NCBI GenBank assembly: GCA_048884785.1
Contig: JBHLQM010000004.1
Location: forward strand, 41,227 to 105,226
Reading direction: 5' to 3'
DNA from: Candidatus Thorarchaeota archaeon
GTDB taxonomy: Archaea; Asgardarchaeota; Thorarchaeia; Thorarchaeales; Thorarchaeaceae
DNA: 64,000 bases
Below the pieces are notes generated by a model. It was not told the DNA's origin. It saw nothing but the letters and a program-made list of their open reading frames with translations, and made no database searches. How positions within the stretch are numbered: the stretch's first letter is position 1; each line of letters begins with the position of its first letter. The position numbers and the translations under genes are program-made. Of this stretch, positions 1 through 9,936 are shown one piece after another.

Positions 1-161
1 AGCACAAGCTTGGTAGTTTGAAGTCTTCCTCGAGGACCATATGCCTCCCAACGAAGCTGTCTGAATGTAGGACAGACCATTGTGCAATTACCACACGAAG
101 CGCAGATGTATGGATCTGTTTCATGTCCTGTCCCTTCGAGATTTTTCAGACGACTCATCAT
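1..161 (-). CDS. GlcF/HdrD-like (Fe-S)-binding protein, 5' part only (runs off the window; not in ORF track)
   Basis: Manual translation from ATG at 161: MMSRLKNLEGTGHETDPYICASCGNCTMVCPTFRQLRWEAYGPRGRLQTTKLV; CxxCxxCxxxCP plus PRGR; AGAGG RBS upstream. Confidence 0.85.
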   Translation of the reverse strand, partial: MMSRLKNLEGTGHETDPYICASCGNCTMVCPTFRQLRWEAYGPRGRLQTTKLV

Positions 162-268
162 TGGTCCTCTTCGATTGTATCTAGCTATAAGCACCAAGTG
201 TTAGTGTGGAATCTTTTGTCGGTGGCAGCTGCTATCTACCACCGACAATCTATTTTTTTTGGTCGCAA

Positions 269-1597
269 TTAAGCATAGTCTTGGGTCATTTCCTGAGCAC
301 AGGCAATTCCAGACTTGGATGCAGCTTCCATAGAGGCATAATAATGGCCGCAATTGGCATATGCGCCAGCAACATAGAGCCCTTTAACTCCGGTGCGGTT
401 GGTCTTGAGCCTCTGAGACATTATTCCAGGTGGTTGTGAGAGCACGGACCTCCAAATCTTCCAGCTCTTCTTCCAAGTTATCTTTTCTTCAATTCCTGGA
501 ATCAGAGTCTTTAGCTCATTCAGGATTTCACGTGTTGCCTCACTATCATCCATCTTTAGTAGATCTTCATCAATTGACGTCACAGTAAGTAGTGATTCTC
601 CAATCGGTGCCAAGACCCCTGAAACACGTTTCGCTTCAGCCATTATGTGGATTTTCTTTCCAGGAATAAAGCCGCCCACATTGAAGTCAAGCACACGTGA
701 GGAAAGACCAAAGTATGCCACAATGGACGGGCGGTACGAAAACTTCCTGACTGCAGATGTGAAGTCACTCGGAAGCTTGTTCATTTCAACAAAATTCGGA
801 AGCAGATCAATGGGGGTCGTGACAACAACTGCATCGGCATCAACAGTATAGTCTTTACCTTCTTGTTCATACTCAAGCCCCACAACTTTCCCATCGTCTA
901 TGATAACCTGCTTTACTGCACAGTTAACTTTTGGTTCAATGGCGAAATTTCGAGCCTGAAGCATTAGTGTATATGGAACACTTCCCAATCCACCTCTTTC
1001 AGGATACATTGCTTGAAATCCATCTTCGTAGGCAAACCTCAGTTGCTCCGAGTATAGGTATTGACCAGCAGAAACTTGGTCGGGCTTCATGAAAGTGACA
1101 GTTCTAATAAGCGGGTCATAGAAATTCTCTTGTATGGACTCTGGGATATGATCCTCTGCATACTCTGAAAATGTCATCTTATCCAACTCCAAGAAATTCT
1201 CCTGAGTTCGTTTGAGGTTTTCCTGAACCAGCCGTCCCAGTGTGACACGTTCAGTTGGTCCTACAAGCCCAAATTTGGCAAGATCAACGACCGATTTCCG
1301 TATCATATGTTTCTCGCCAGCCTTTAGCCACACTGCTCCTTCTCCTACGACCGTCATGCGGACTCCGCTGCGCTCAAGTATCGGTATAAGAGACTTGAAA
1401 CCACCTACAAAGAAGTGAAGTCCTTGGTCAAAGACATACCCCGATTCTGTAAAAGATCTGGCACGACCCCCTACAGTCGGTTCCTTCTCAAGGATTGTAC
1501 ATCTGGCTTTCAGCCCTTTTAGCTCAAGTGCACAGCTAAATCCAGCGATGCCTGCTCCTACGATTACAACCCTTGGTGCCTTTCTTGTGTCGCTCAT
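269..1597 (-). CDS. FAD-dependent oxidoreductase, amine oxidase/phytoene desaturase (HpnE/PPO-like) superfamily
   Basis: VGAGIAG dinucleotide-binding motif, LEKEPTVGGRA, FDQGLH, C-terminal GLYVAGAY...SMEAASKSG. Confidence 0.85.
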   Translation of the reverse strand: MSDTRKAPRVVIVGAGIAGFSCALELKGLKARCTILEKEPTVGGRARSFTESGYVFDQGLHFFVGGFKSLIPILERSGVRMTVVGEGAVWLKAGEKHMIRKSVVDLAKFGLVGPTERVTLGRLVQENLKRTQENFLELDKMTFSEYAEDHIPESIQENFYDPLIRTVTFMKPDQVSAGQYLYSEQLRFAYEDGFQAMYPERGGLGSVPYTLMLQARNFAIEPKVNCAVKQVIIDDGKVVGLEYEQEGKDYTVDADAVVVTTPIDLLPNFVEMNKLPSDFTSAVRKFSYRPSIVAYFGLSSRVLDFNVGGFIPGKKIHIMAEAKRVSGVLAPIGESLLTVTSIDEDLLKMDDSEATREILNELKTLIPGIEEKITWKKSWKIWRSVLSQPPGIMSQRLKTNRTGVKGLYVAGAYANCGHYYASMEAASKSGIACAQEMTQDYA

Positions 1598-1629
1598 TGA
1601 TGTTTCCTCGGTTTATTTCATTACTATAT

Positions 1630-2754
1630 TCACTCGCCGACTAATGACGATTGCGCAAGGTCAAGAATCAATTCGTCGAGTTGAATTACTTCCAGATTCG
1701 TATCCCGTGCACAATAGCTGAGATTCTTGAAACAGGATATGCATGTGGTTATAATTCCATCCACTCCTATCTCAACAGCTTCAGCCACTCTGTTCTTTCC
1801 AATTGACTCTGCAAGATCTGGGTCTATTACACTCACAAAACCCCCGCAACAATTTGAGTTCTCTCGATTGTTTGGGAGTTCTGTAAATTCAAGCCCAGGA
1901 ATCGCGTTGATAATGGTTCTAGGTGGCTCATAAATACCCAACGCTCTACCAAGATGGCAAGAATCGTGGAATGTGTATGACCCCTCTTTTCCTTTAAAGG
2001 TAAGTACACCATTGTTTACCATATCTGCAAGAACTTCCACAGTATGATGGATTTTGATGTCAAAATTCTCTATCACATGAGGATAATGTTCAGCAAGAGT
2101 CCCAAAGCATCCACCACATCCAGTAATTATGTGATCAACTCCTGCTTTCTTGAACATTGAATAGTTCTTTCTGATGATGGATTCAAATCCCTCATCATCT
2201 CCCGCCCAGTAGTTCATGAGACCACAGCATACTTCGCTGGGAACGTATCCAACATTGACCTTGAGTTTCTGCATCATATCTACAACCATCTCAGGTTGAT
2301 CTGGATACCAGAATGAACCCATGCATCCTGAGAATATTGCCGTGTTGGATTCGGGAGGAAGCTCGAGGTCTTCAGCCCACACTGTCCTTTCATCTGCCTC
2401 AAACCCAACGAAGGGCGTTCCTTCTTTTTTCAGCCATTCGAGCACCTTCATTAGCCCCTCTGATAAGGACCCGCCTGTTCCTAGAAGATTAGCTTTTGCA
2501 TCATGCCAAATTGTCGTAACCGGAACTCCAGCAGGACAAATCGCTTCACACCGCCGGCAATCCGCGCAATAGAGTCTGTTTAAGAGTTCCTGAGGCGGCT
2601 TCCTCATCTTCTCAGCATATGCCCTAAGAGCTCTGATCTTCCCTCCAGGACTATCAAGTTCAGAACCAAGTTGCTTGTACATGGGACAGAAGTCCCGACA
2701 GTAATTACATGAGCCACAATGTCTTAGTACATCGGTCTTGAGGTCTACCTTCAT
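1630..2754 (-). CDS. (Fe-S)-binding oxidoreductase subunit, GlcF/HdrD-like (2x[4Fe-4S] plus two CCG domains)
   Basis: CGSCNYCRDFCP, CADCRRCEAICP, EVCCG, TGCGGC, HDSCHLGR, NCCGG, TTCISC. Confidence 0.9.
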   Translation of the reverse strand: MKVDLKTDVLRHCGSCNYCRDFCPMYKQLGSELDSPGGKIRALRAYAEKMRKPPQELLNRLYCADCRRCEAICPAGVPVTTIWHDAKANLLGTGGSLSEGLMKVLEWLKKEGTPFVGFEADERTVWAEDLELPPESNTAIFSGCMGSFWYPDQPEMVVDMMQKLKVNVGYVPSEVCCGLMNYWAGDDEGFESIIRKNYSMFKKAGVDHIITGCGGCFGTLAEHYPHVIENFDIKIHHTVEVLADMVNNGVLTFKGKEGSYTFHDSCHLGRALGIYEPPRTIINAIPGLEFTELPNNRENSNCCGGFVSVIDPDLAESIGKNRVAEAVEIGVDGIITTCISCFKNLSYCARDTNLEVIQLDELILDLAQSSLVGE

Positions 2755-2760
2755 TTATTT

Positions 2761-4260
2761 TCACCTCGCTACAAACTTGCCAAGCCGCCTGAAGGCAGCA
2801 GCAAGAACAAACAGAACGTTCATCCTTCCATATGATGTCATGCAGGTGGTTATTCTGTCTGGATTCATAATGTTTCTCGCGTCCAGAGACGCCTTTCTTT
2901 CCTTCATCACGGATTGTCTCTCTGGATATGCCCGTTTCATGTATATTGAATTCTGAAGACCTATGGTATAAGGTCCTCCTCCTCGTTTGATCGCCCTTTT
3001 CATCATTTTATGCAGGATTCCTTTGCTTGAAATGAATTCAAGATATTTGTCAGGATTCAGCATTGCCATAAGTTCAAGTCGCATCATGCTTGATGTACCA
3101 AGCATCCCAAACCATATAGCTGGTACCTTGTGTGTCTTCTTGGTCTTTTCATAGGCTTTCAGGAGGTCGTAGACATGTTCAACACTCACCCAGAGTTCCT
3201 GAAACATCAGAGTATGGCAATGCTCCTTTGGATTGAACTCACAATCAAAACGTAGGTCCCATTCCTTCGCTGAATACTCGTTTCCGAGGAATGTCCCTCC
3301 GCTTTCAGAGACGATTTGTTCGATCTCACTGAGAGGTGCCTTGGAGCTGTTCTCTACATATGAAACCGTTAGAACATATCTTCCCTTCTCGAGTGGATTG
3401 CTGAAGCTCTGGAAAGGTTGGTCTGCTATCTTGAGATACAGTGGTTTTTGAGTAGTTCCTGAAATACCCCTCATGGCGTTACATACATGCTCCAGGTAGG
3501 CAAAGCCATAACTCAGGGTGTTGATTCTTGGTGCCAATGGTCGTATCCTAAGCGTTGCTTCAACGATTACGCCCAAAATACCATACGAAGCATTGTAGAT
3601 ATCGATATCTTCCCCCTCTATTATCGAGATGGATCCGTCAGGCAAAACAACCTTTAGTTGAATGATATTGTCCTTGAGAGTGCCATATAACGGGGTTCCG
3701 ATTCCGGCCTTTCCTCCGCACCCGATCCAGCCGCCAACTACGGCTGACTTTGCACTCGAAGGATATATCCCTAGTTCAAAATTTTGCTTTGCCAATGCTT
3801 CGTCAAGAGCAGTGAATGTGACTCCTGGCTCAATAGTGACGGTTCCTTCCTTTGGATTTATTTCAAGAATCCTATTCATCCTCTTCAAATCCAAGGAGAT
3901 TCCTCCCCTTGATGGGCTTGAGGAACCCAGACAACTGGAGGCGCCTCCCCGCGGGATTACTGGAATCTTATGCGCACTGGCAATTTCTATGATTTCTCTC
4001 ACATGGTCTGTTGTTTCAACTCGTACTACATAATCTGCTAGATACCTCAACTTCCATCGGTAATGGAACTGTGGAAGAGCTGCTGGATCTCCACTATAGA
4101 CAATTCTCTCTAGCTCCATATCTGAGGCGTTTGTGAAACCCACAACACCAGCTAGTTTCTTGAGAATCAGCTCTTTCTCTGATACTTTGCTGGTCGGAAC
4201 ATCAATGAGTTGCTCTTGGGCCTGTGTTTGTTGAGTTGTACTTTCGTTTTCTTCAGCCAT
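2761..4260 (-). CDS. FAD-binding oxidoreductase, GlcD/D-lactate dehydrogenase (VAO/PCMH) family
   Basis: PVIPRGGASS, LDLKRMNRILEI, EPGV, PSSAKSAVVGG, SYGILGVIVEA, LDARNIMNP; start taken at MAEEN (4260). Confidence 0.85.
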   Translation of the reverse strand: MAEENESTTQQTQAQEQLIDVPTSKVSEKELILKKLAGVVGFTNASDMELERIVYSGDPAALPQFHYRWKLRYLADYVVRVETTDHVREIIEIASAHKIPVIPRGGASSCLGSSSPSRGGISLDLKRMNRILEINPKEGTVTIEPGVTFTALDEALAKQNFELGIYPSSAKSAVVGGWIGCGGKAGIGTPLYGTLKDNIIQLKVVLPDGSISIIEGEDIDIYNASYGILGVIVEATLRIRPLAPRINTLSYGFAYLEHVCNAMRGISGTTQKPLYLKIADQPFQSFSNPLEKGRYVLTVSYVENSSKAPLSEIEQIVSESGGTFLGNEYSAKEWDLRFDCEFNPKEHCHTLMFQELWVSVEHVYDLLKAYEKTKKTHKVPAIWFGMLGTSSMMRLELMAMLNPDKYLEFISSKGILHKMMKRAIKRGGGPYTIGLQNSIYMKRAYPERQSVMKERKASLDARNIMNPDRITTCMTSYGRMNVLFVLAAAFRRLGKFVAR

Positions 4261-4264
4261 TTTA

Positions 4265-5464
4265 TCACATCCCAAAGAAGATACCCAGGAACATACCCGT
4301 CATTCCCAAAATTGTCCACAAAACCACGGCAGGCAATCCAAGATTGCATGTTTTCCAGCCTGCTATATGAGTGAGAAAGGCCAACGTACCCAAAATCATA
4401 CTCACTATTCCAAGCCAAATATGCCAGGAATGAATAAACAATGTCAGATTGGCTACACTGATCAGATATGCAGGATTCATGGCGGTCCATGTTGAGGGAT
4501 CTTCTTGGAAAAGCCAAATGACGTTGATGCTTGTCAGGATATAGGCTATACTGAGCATTATTCCATGCATTCGTGTGAATCGTTCTTCATCGTAATATTC
4601 CAGAGCCGTACCAATATAGGCAATAACCAACGCAGGTCCTCCAAGAAGCCAGCCATAATGCATTTGTGGTAGCGGTTCAGGTGGGAAATTGCCAACAATG
4701 TATTCTTCTTCCCAAGAAACGGATTCAACTCCATCTGTGTCAATTGCTACAATTCTAAAAACGATGTAAGTATACAATGGAAATTCGGGAATTGTACCAA
4801 CATAGTATCCATTACTTAGAGTCATCGATTGATTTGTCCATGTCGATCTATTATCAGTGCTATACTGCAGTTTGACCTCACTGATGCCAACCTCGGAGGT
4901 TACATTTGTTCGGACTGCGACTGACTCGGTATCAAGAGGAATCAATGGTGTAGCATTGATTAACAGGATTGCAGGTCCTGCTCCTGGAGGTGGAAGAACA
5001 GTTACAGCAATTTGGATACTTATTCCATTAGGTATACCCTGCACCCCAAAAGCCTGAAGTGTATAGGACCCGGGAGAGGTTGGGGCTGTAATTGTATAAT
5101 TGACTTCTACTTGGTCAGTATCGGCATCCATATCTGCCGCATCTCCATCATTAACTGTACCCTCAGATCCGAGCGAACCATAGGTGAACTCGGCATTATC
5201 CCCAACTGCTGAGGGAAACTTCAGGGTGAGAGCATTCTCTCCTGTCACACCAACGACTTGAATAACAATGCTAAAGCTTGCCTCAGTTTCTACGCTTATT
5301 GCAGTGGTGGATGCAGAAACACTCATCCCTGATGAGCTATCATGACAAGGGGATGCAGTGCATGCATCGTTTCGACTAGGGTATGCCAAAGCTGAACCCG
5401 CAAGTAGAACCAAAACAAGAGTAATCGAAGTAATAAGAATTCCATATCGGACTTGCTTCTTCAC
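4265..5464 (-). CDS. Membrane protein: signal peptide, CX4CH motif, extracellular beta-rich domains, C-terminal 4-TM His-containing module
   Basis: GTG start after GGTGA RBS; SALA cleavage-like site; ACTASPCH; TM segments with MHG, HSWH, THI. Confidence 0.7.
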   Translation of the reverse strand: MKKQVRYGILITSITLVLVLLAGSALAYPSRNDACTASPCHDSSSGMSVSASTTAISVETEASFSIVIQVVGVTGENALTLKFPSAVGDNAEFTYGSLGSEGTVNDGDAADMDADTDQVEVNYTITAPTSPGSYTLQAFGVQGIPNGISIQIAVTVLPPPGAGPAILLINATPLIPLDTESVAVRTNVTSEVGISEVKLQYSTDNRSTWTNQSMTLSNGYYVGTIPEFPLYTYIVFRIVAIDTDGVESVSWEEEYIVGNFPPEPLPQMHYGWLLGGPALVIAYIGTALEYYDEERFTRMHGIMLSIAYILTSINVIWLFQEDPSTWTAMNPAYLISVANLTLFIHSWHIWLGIVSMILGTLAFLTHIAGWKTCNLGLPAVVLWTILGMTGMFLGIFFGM

Positions 5465-5710
5465 ATTTTTCACCCGGTTTATGTGGAGACTGTTTGCCAA
5501 CAAGTTTCGTTTCGTGCATATGGGCTATAAATCCTTACTGTTTTGTAGAAGCGTTCTAAGCAGGCAAAACCAATAAATTACGAATTCTTCTTTAAACTTA
5601 GATTCATGTTCCAAATAGTAACTAAGAGAATTAAGGCTACAAAGTTTCGAAAGACGAATCCAACAACAGAAAGGCTTCCAGAAACTCAGCATCTAAATCC
5701 GTCTTTTCAA

Positions 5711-7192
5711 TCAAGACACTATAATATCAGGAAACATGGAAACTGCCAGATCATTGAGATACTTCATGCTTGGAGCCTTAGCCGTTTCTTGCACCTGTCG
5801 CAGCAACATATGCATATCATCAAACCGTCCCTGTTTCCTGCGAAGCTCAGCCTTTAATAGCAGGGCACGAGCCGCAATGCCGGGGAAGTCATTCTTCTCG
5901 GCATGCTCAATCAATTTTGCCATCCAAGGACCCGACAGATCTGTGCCTTTTTTCATAGACTTATCTGTGAGCATTTTGATCTCAATCTCTGTGAGGTTGA
6001 GGAGGCAAATACTTCCGGCAACCAGCTTTAAATCGTTCTCCAGATTCTCAAACTCATCTCTGAGGACATTGAAGGCACCATCAAGATTGCCCTTTGCTTT
6101 TTCAAGAATACCTCCAACCAGATGAAGAATCTTCATTGTTCCTGAATCCCCACACCTCGCTGCAGCATTGGATGCAGCTGCAAGCTCTGCCTCAGCCTCA
6201 TCATATTTACCGAGGTTGACAAAAGCCCAAGCCAACTGGACGTGCGAAGAAGCACGGTGCCGATTTGATGAGTAGAAGCTATTTTTTGCCATTTGAAGAG
6301 CTTCTTCACCTTTACCCATTTGATTATACAAATGTGCAATAACGATGTTGTAGAATTGCGGTGGGAAACCGATTTTTTCTCCGATTGCCCTAGCATCCAA
6401 TTGATAATCGATTGCAGCACTTAGTTCTCCTCGAGCTTGCATGATATGGCCCAATTGGTGTTGAACTATACCTATCATATCTCTGTATCCTAGCTTTTCG
6501 CCAAGTTCCCGAGATGAACCAAGAAGGTCAAGCGCTTGTTCTGTGTCTGTTTCCTTCACCATATTGGCAATATCGCAAAGGAGACCTGCAACCAATATCT
6601 GGTCATCGAACTCCCTTGCTATAGTAAGTGCCTGTCTGCTTCTATCCACTGCTTGCTCAAAATTCCATTCTCTATGATGCTTCATGGCTTCTATAGCTAG
6701 AAGACCTGCTTTGAAAAATGCCAAGTCCTTATTGTTTTCTATACTATTGGTAACTGCTTCAATTGGCTTGATGTCCACATCAAACTCAGAAAAATATCGT
6801 TCAGCTTCCATTCTCCAAGTCAAATAGAGATGGCATGTTATCCAATCATTCGGAGAAGATATCAATCCTCGTTTCAAGGATTCTTTCAAGGCATCCCATT
6901 TGACTGATTCATCTCTCATAGACCTAATTAGTAGCAGTAAAGGTGACGCCAACTCAGGCACCCTACCAGCACACTCCAGTTTATCAACTAGGATGAAGTA
7001 GCCTGTCCGGAAGGAAAAGTAAACGGCAAAATACTCCAGCAAGGGAGGCGAGGGCTGAGCACAGACTCTGTCGCATAATTTCTCTGTGAAATCTCCAAAG
7101 TCCTCTGACTCCTCCATGACTGACTGGAGTATGGATCTTGTTTCATCATCGACATGAGGAAAGCACATGGTTATAGTTCCGATTGGCTTCAC
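5711..7192 (-). CDS. TPR-like helical repeat protein (KPIGTITMCFP family)
   Basis: GTG start 7192 with GGAGG RBS; TPR-like units (ALTIARE, LGHIMQARGELSAA, LAWAFVNLGKYDEAEAEL). Confidence 0.75.
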   Translation of the reverse strand: MKPIGTITMCFPHVDDETRSILQSVMEESEDFGDFTEKLCDRVCAQPSPPLLEYFAVYFSFRTGYFILVDKLECAGRVPELASPLLLLIRSMRDESVKWDALKESLKRGLISSPNDWITCHLYLTWRMEAERYFSEFDVDIKPIEAVTNSIENNKDLAFFKAGLLAIEAMKHHREWNFEQAVDRSRQALTIAREFDDQILVAGLLCDIANMVKETDTEQALDLLGSSRELGEKLGYRDMIGIVQHQLGHIMQARGELSAAIDYQLDARAIGEKIGFPPQFYNIVIAHLYNQMGKGEEALQMAKNSFYSSNRHRASSHVQLAWAFVNLGKYDEAEAELAAASNAAARCGDSGTMKILHLVGGILEKAKGNLDGAFNVLRDEFENLENDLKLVAGSICLLNLTEIEIKMLTDKSMKKGTDLSGPWMAKLIEHAEKNDFPGIAARALLLKAELRRKQGRFDDMHMLLRQVQETAKAPSMKYLNDLAVSMFPDIIVS

Positions 7193-7332
7193 GCTCAGTG
7201 CCTCCAGACAATTGAAATCGATATGAGATTGCTGAAGTTCCCAATTAACCTTTTGAAGTATTTCAGGCATCATTCAAGACTGATCGCATTATAGACCTAG
7301 CTTCGTCACAAAAGGGAGAAGCTCATGTTGGT

Positions 7333-8754
7333 TCAGATTGTTTTATGCTTGATAGAAAGACGGATTACATTGGCAAGGGCCCGAGCTGCACGTTGTGGAC
7401 TAGCAAATACAGGAATACCTGCCTCCTCCAGCTGGACTTGTCCAGGAGGAATTCTTCCTACTGGAGCATTCATAATGCTGATGACAAGTTTATCACTATT
7501 CTCTGATGAGTTTATGATTTCTCTAACAGGCATTCCTCCTCCTATACCCTCTTGAAAATTAGGAGCAAACACAGTGACTATTGTATCAAAGGTGTCATCA
7601 TTCATTAGGATTTCAAATGCGCTGGCGAAGACTTTTGGTTCTGCCCATGCCTTTGCGAGTAGATCTACAGGGTTCTTAATTTCCATTTCAATTGGCATAT
7701 CAAGAACAGCATCAATTTTTCGCTGAGTCTCCTGAGGTGGCATCGGAAGAATTGCACCTTTTTCCTCCAGAGTCTGAGCGACAATCAACGCCAAACCTAA
7801 CGTATGCGTTATAATTCCAACCCGTTTACTTTGTGCTCTTTTTGAGGTCATCGATAGAATCTTCGCCGTGTCCATCATATCTTGAATGCTATCTACTTCC
7901 AGGCCACCTGCTTGCTTCACGGCTGCGGAATATATCTCTGGCTGGCCTGCAAGGCTCCCTGTATGGCTTAGAGCAGCCTGACGAGAAACAGGAGTCTTTC
8001 CAACTTTAAAAACCAATACTGGCTTCTTCGGGGTAGTAAGCAGCATTTCTTGATACATTTCTCTTCCCAGTTCAGTTCCTTCAATGAACAGGCAAATCAC
8101 GCTAGTTTCTGAATCATCTCGGAAAAATTGGAGCAGATCATGAAAATCAATGTTCACTCGATTGCCTACACTAACGAATTTCGAAATTCCGAGGTTGGAA
8201 TCCACTGCGCTGTATAGCATTGAGCCGCATACTCCGCCGCTCTGACTAACGATTGCGGTTCTTCCTTTCTGAACGGGAATTGGATGAGGAAAGAATGTTG
8301 CATTAAGATTCAAATTGATGTTCCCTGCTCCAAGGCAATTGGGGCCAACAACAGCTATCTTTGCATCATCAACAATCTGCTTAATGCGCTGTTGTTCCTT
8401 TTCTCCCTCAGGTCCAAGCTCCTTATACCCAGCTGCGAAGATTATTACCGAAGGCACATTTGCCTGTGCAGCATCAAGCAGAGCTTGTGGTACGAATACT
8501 TCTCTCACACAGATTAACGCCAAGTCTATCTGAACTGGAATCGCAGTTATGCTAGCGTAGCATTGTGCATTTCCAATTTTAGATATTCTTGGATTGACTG
8601 GAAAGGTATTGCCTTCAAATCCCCGAAGGGCCAATAGAGCGAGGGCTCCCAGTCGCTCGGGCTTATCAGATGCTCCAACAACTGCAATGTTTCTTGGATT
8701 GAAAAGATGATGGAGTGAGTCAATTTTCCAATTCACTGATTTGTGCCTCCGCAA
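7333..8754 (-). CDS. ADP-forming acetate/acyl-CoA synthetase alpha-subunit family (CoA-binding plus ligase domains)
   Basis: LFNPRNIAVVGAS, VGPNCLG, SQSGG, SVGN, phospho-His motif SHTGSLAG, NPVDL; likely start GTG 8736. Confidence 0.9.
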   Translation of the reverse strand: MRRHKSVNWKIDSLHHLFNPRNIAVVGASDKPERLGALALLALRGFEGNTFPVNPRISKIGNAQCYASITAIPVQIDLALICVREVFVPQALLDAAQANVPSVIIFAAGYKELGPEGEKEQQRIKQIVDDAKIAVVGPNCLGAGNINLNLNATFFPHPIPVQKGRTAIVSQSGGVCGSMLYSAVDSNLGISKFVSVGNRVNIDFHDLLQFFRDDSETSVICLFIEGTELGREMYQEMLLTTPKKPVLVFKVGKTPVSRQAALSHTGSLAGQPEIYSAAVKQAGGLEVDSIQDMMDTAKILSMTSKRAQSKRVGIITHTLGLALIVAQTLEEKGAILPMPPQETQRKIDAVLDMPIEMEIKNPVDLLAKAWAEPKVFASAFEILMNDDTFDTIVTVFAPNFQEGIGGGMPVREIINSSENSDKLVISIMNAPVGRIPPGQVQLEEAGIPVFASPQRAARALANVIRLSIKHKTI

Positions 8755-8795
8755 TCACTGCAAGAAGCTAATTCTTCAATTGCTATGTTTCTCCA

Positions 8796-9884
8796 CTATC
8801 CCTTGTATTCTTTTAGAGCCTTTTGAAGCATTTTTAGTCCATGAATGAGCTCTTCTTTCTCGCCGCCATATCCTAAACGGAAATGCTCATCCATCTCAAG
8901 ACCATAGCCTGGAACTACAAAGGTTCTATATTTCTGAACCAGAAGCTCGCAAAGCCTTCGTGTAGAGCCACCGGTCTTGAATCTTGGAGCCGCGACCACT
9001 CCTCCCTCAGGCTCAATCCATTCAAGCCAATCTTGGTTATTCATCCAGTCCTTCAAGATAGCATAGTTTTCAAACATTCTCTTCCTGATAGGTTTAATCA
9101 GCTTTTCTCGTTTCTTCAGCACCTCTAATGAGATCGCCTCACCGAGTGATGAGTTGCAGATGGTCATTTGTTCCCGAACAGCTCTGATCCCTTCAACTAT
9201 TGGCAAATCTGCAACTGCCCATCCTATTCGTATTCCAGGAAGACCATATACTTTAGACATACTGGTTAGACTTATTGCATTCTTGCTTAGAGTAGCTGCT
9301 AGCGGAGGCGGTTGACCGAAAGTGAGATCGCGGTAGGTCTCGTCCACCATGAGATAGAAATCATTTGATTCCGCTATTTCTATCGCCTGTAGAAGTGTTT
9401 CTTCGTCGATTTGGGATCCGGTAGGATTGTTTGGATGAGTAAGTGTAACTAGTCGAGTGTTAGGCTTCACCATCTTTTGTAGTTCCTTCAAATCCGGCTT
9501 GAAACGGTCTTCCCACTTAAGACGCAGAAGAGAGTGGTTTCTTCCTAGAGACCTTGGAACCTCATATAAAGAGGGATAAGTTGGGTGTTCAATAATCATG
9601 TGATCGTCAGGTCCTACAAGATGTGCAATGATGCAGAAGTTTGCTTCACTTGCGCCAGTGGTCACTGCAACATTTTCTCCTGAAAGACTCTGGTACTGAG
9701 CTGCAATCAAGCTTCTCAGCTTCGGGTGACCGAGATGATATCCATACCGAAGTTCCACTTCATTCAGGTCAATGTTTAGGTCCTTGACTGAGAGATACTT
9801 GACACCACTTTCACCAATGTCATAATCAACCTCGAATTGGTATGAATCGAACCAATCTTCAAGGGGCATTCTCTTGAAAACCAT
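8796..9884 (-). CDS. PLP-dependent aminotransferase class I/II
   Basis: HPNNPTG, VDETY, SMSKVYGLPGIRIGW. Confidence 0.92.
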   Translation of the reverse strand: MVFKRMPLEDWFDSYQFEVDYDIGESGVKYLSVKDLNIDLNEVELRYGYHLGHPKLRSLIAAQYQSLSGENVAVTTGASEANFCIIAHLVGPDDHMIIEHPTYPSLYEVPRSLGRNHSLLRLKWEDRFKPDLKELQKMVKPNTRLVTLTHPNNPTGSQIDEETLLQAIEIAESNDFYLMVDETYRDLTFGQPPPLAATLSKNAISLTSMSKVYGLPGIRIGWAVADLPIVEGIRAVREQMTICNSSLGEAISLEVLKKREKLIKPIRKRMFENYAILKDWMNNQDWLEWIEPEGGVVAAPRFKTGGSTRRLCELLVQKYRTFVVPGYGLEMDEHFRLGYGGEKEELIHGLKMLQKALKEYKG

Positions 9885-9936
9885 TATGAGGCCTCAAATT
9901 CTCCTCTACTGCGGACTAGGATATATAGATTGGCCC

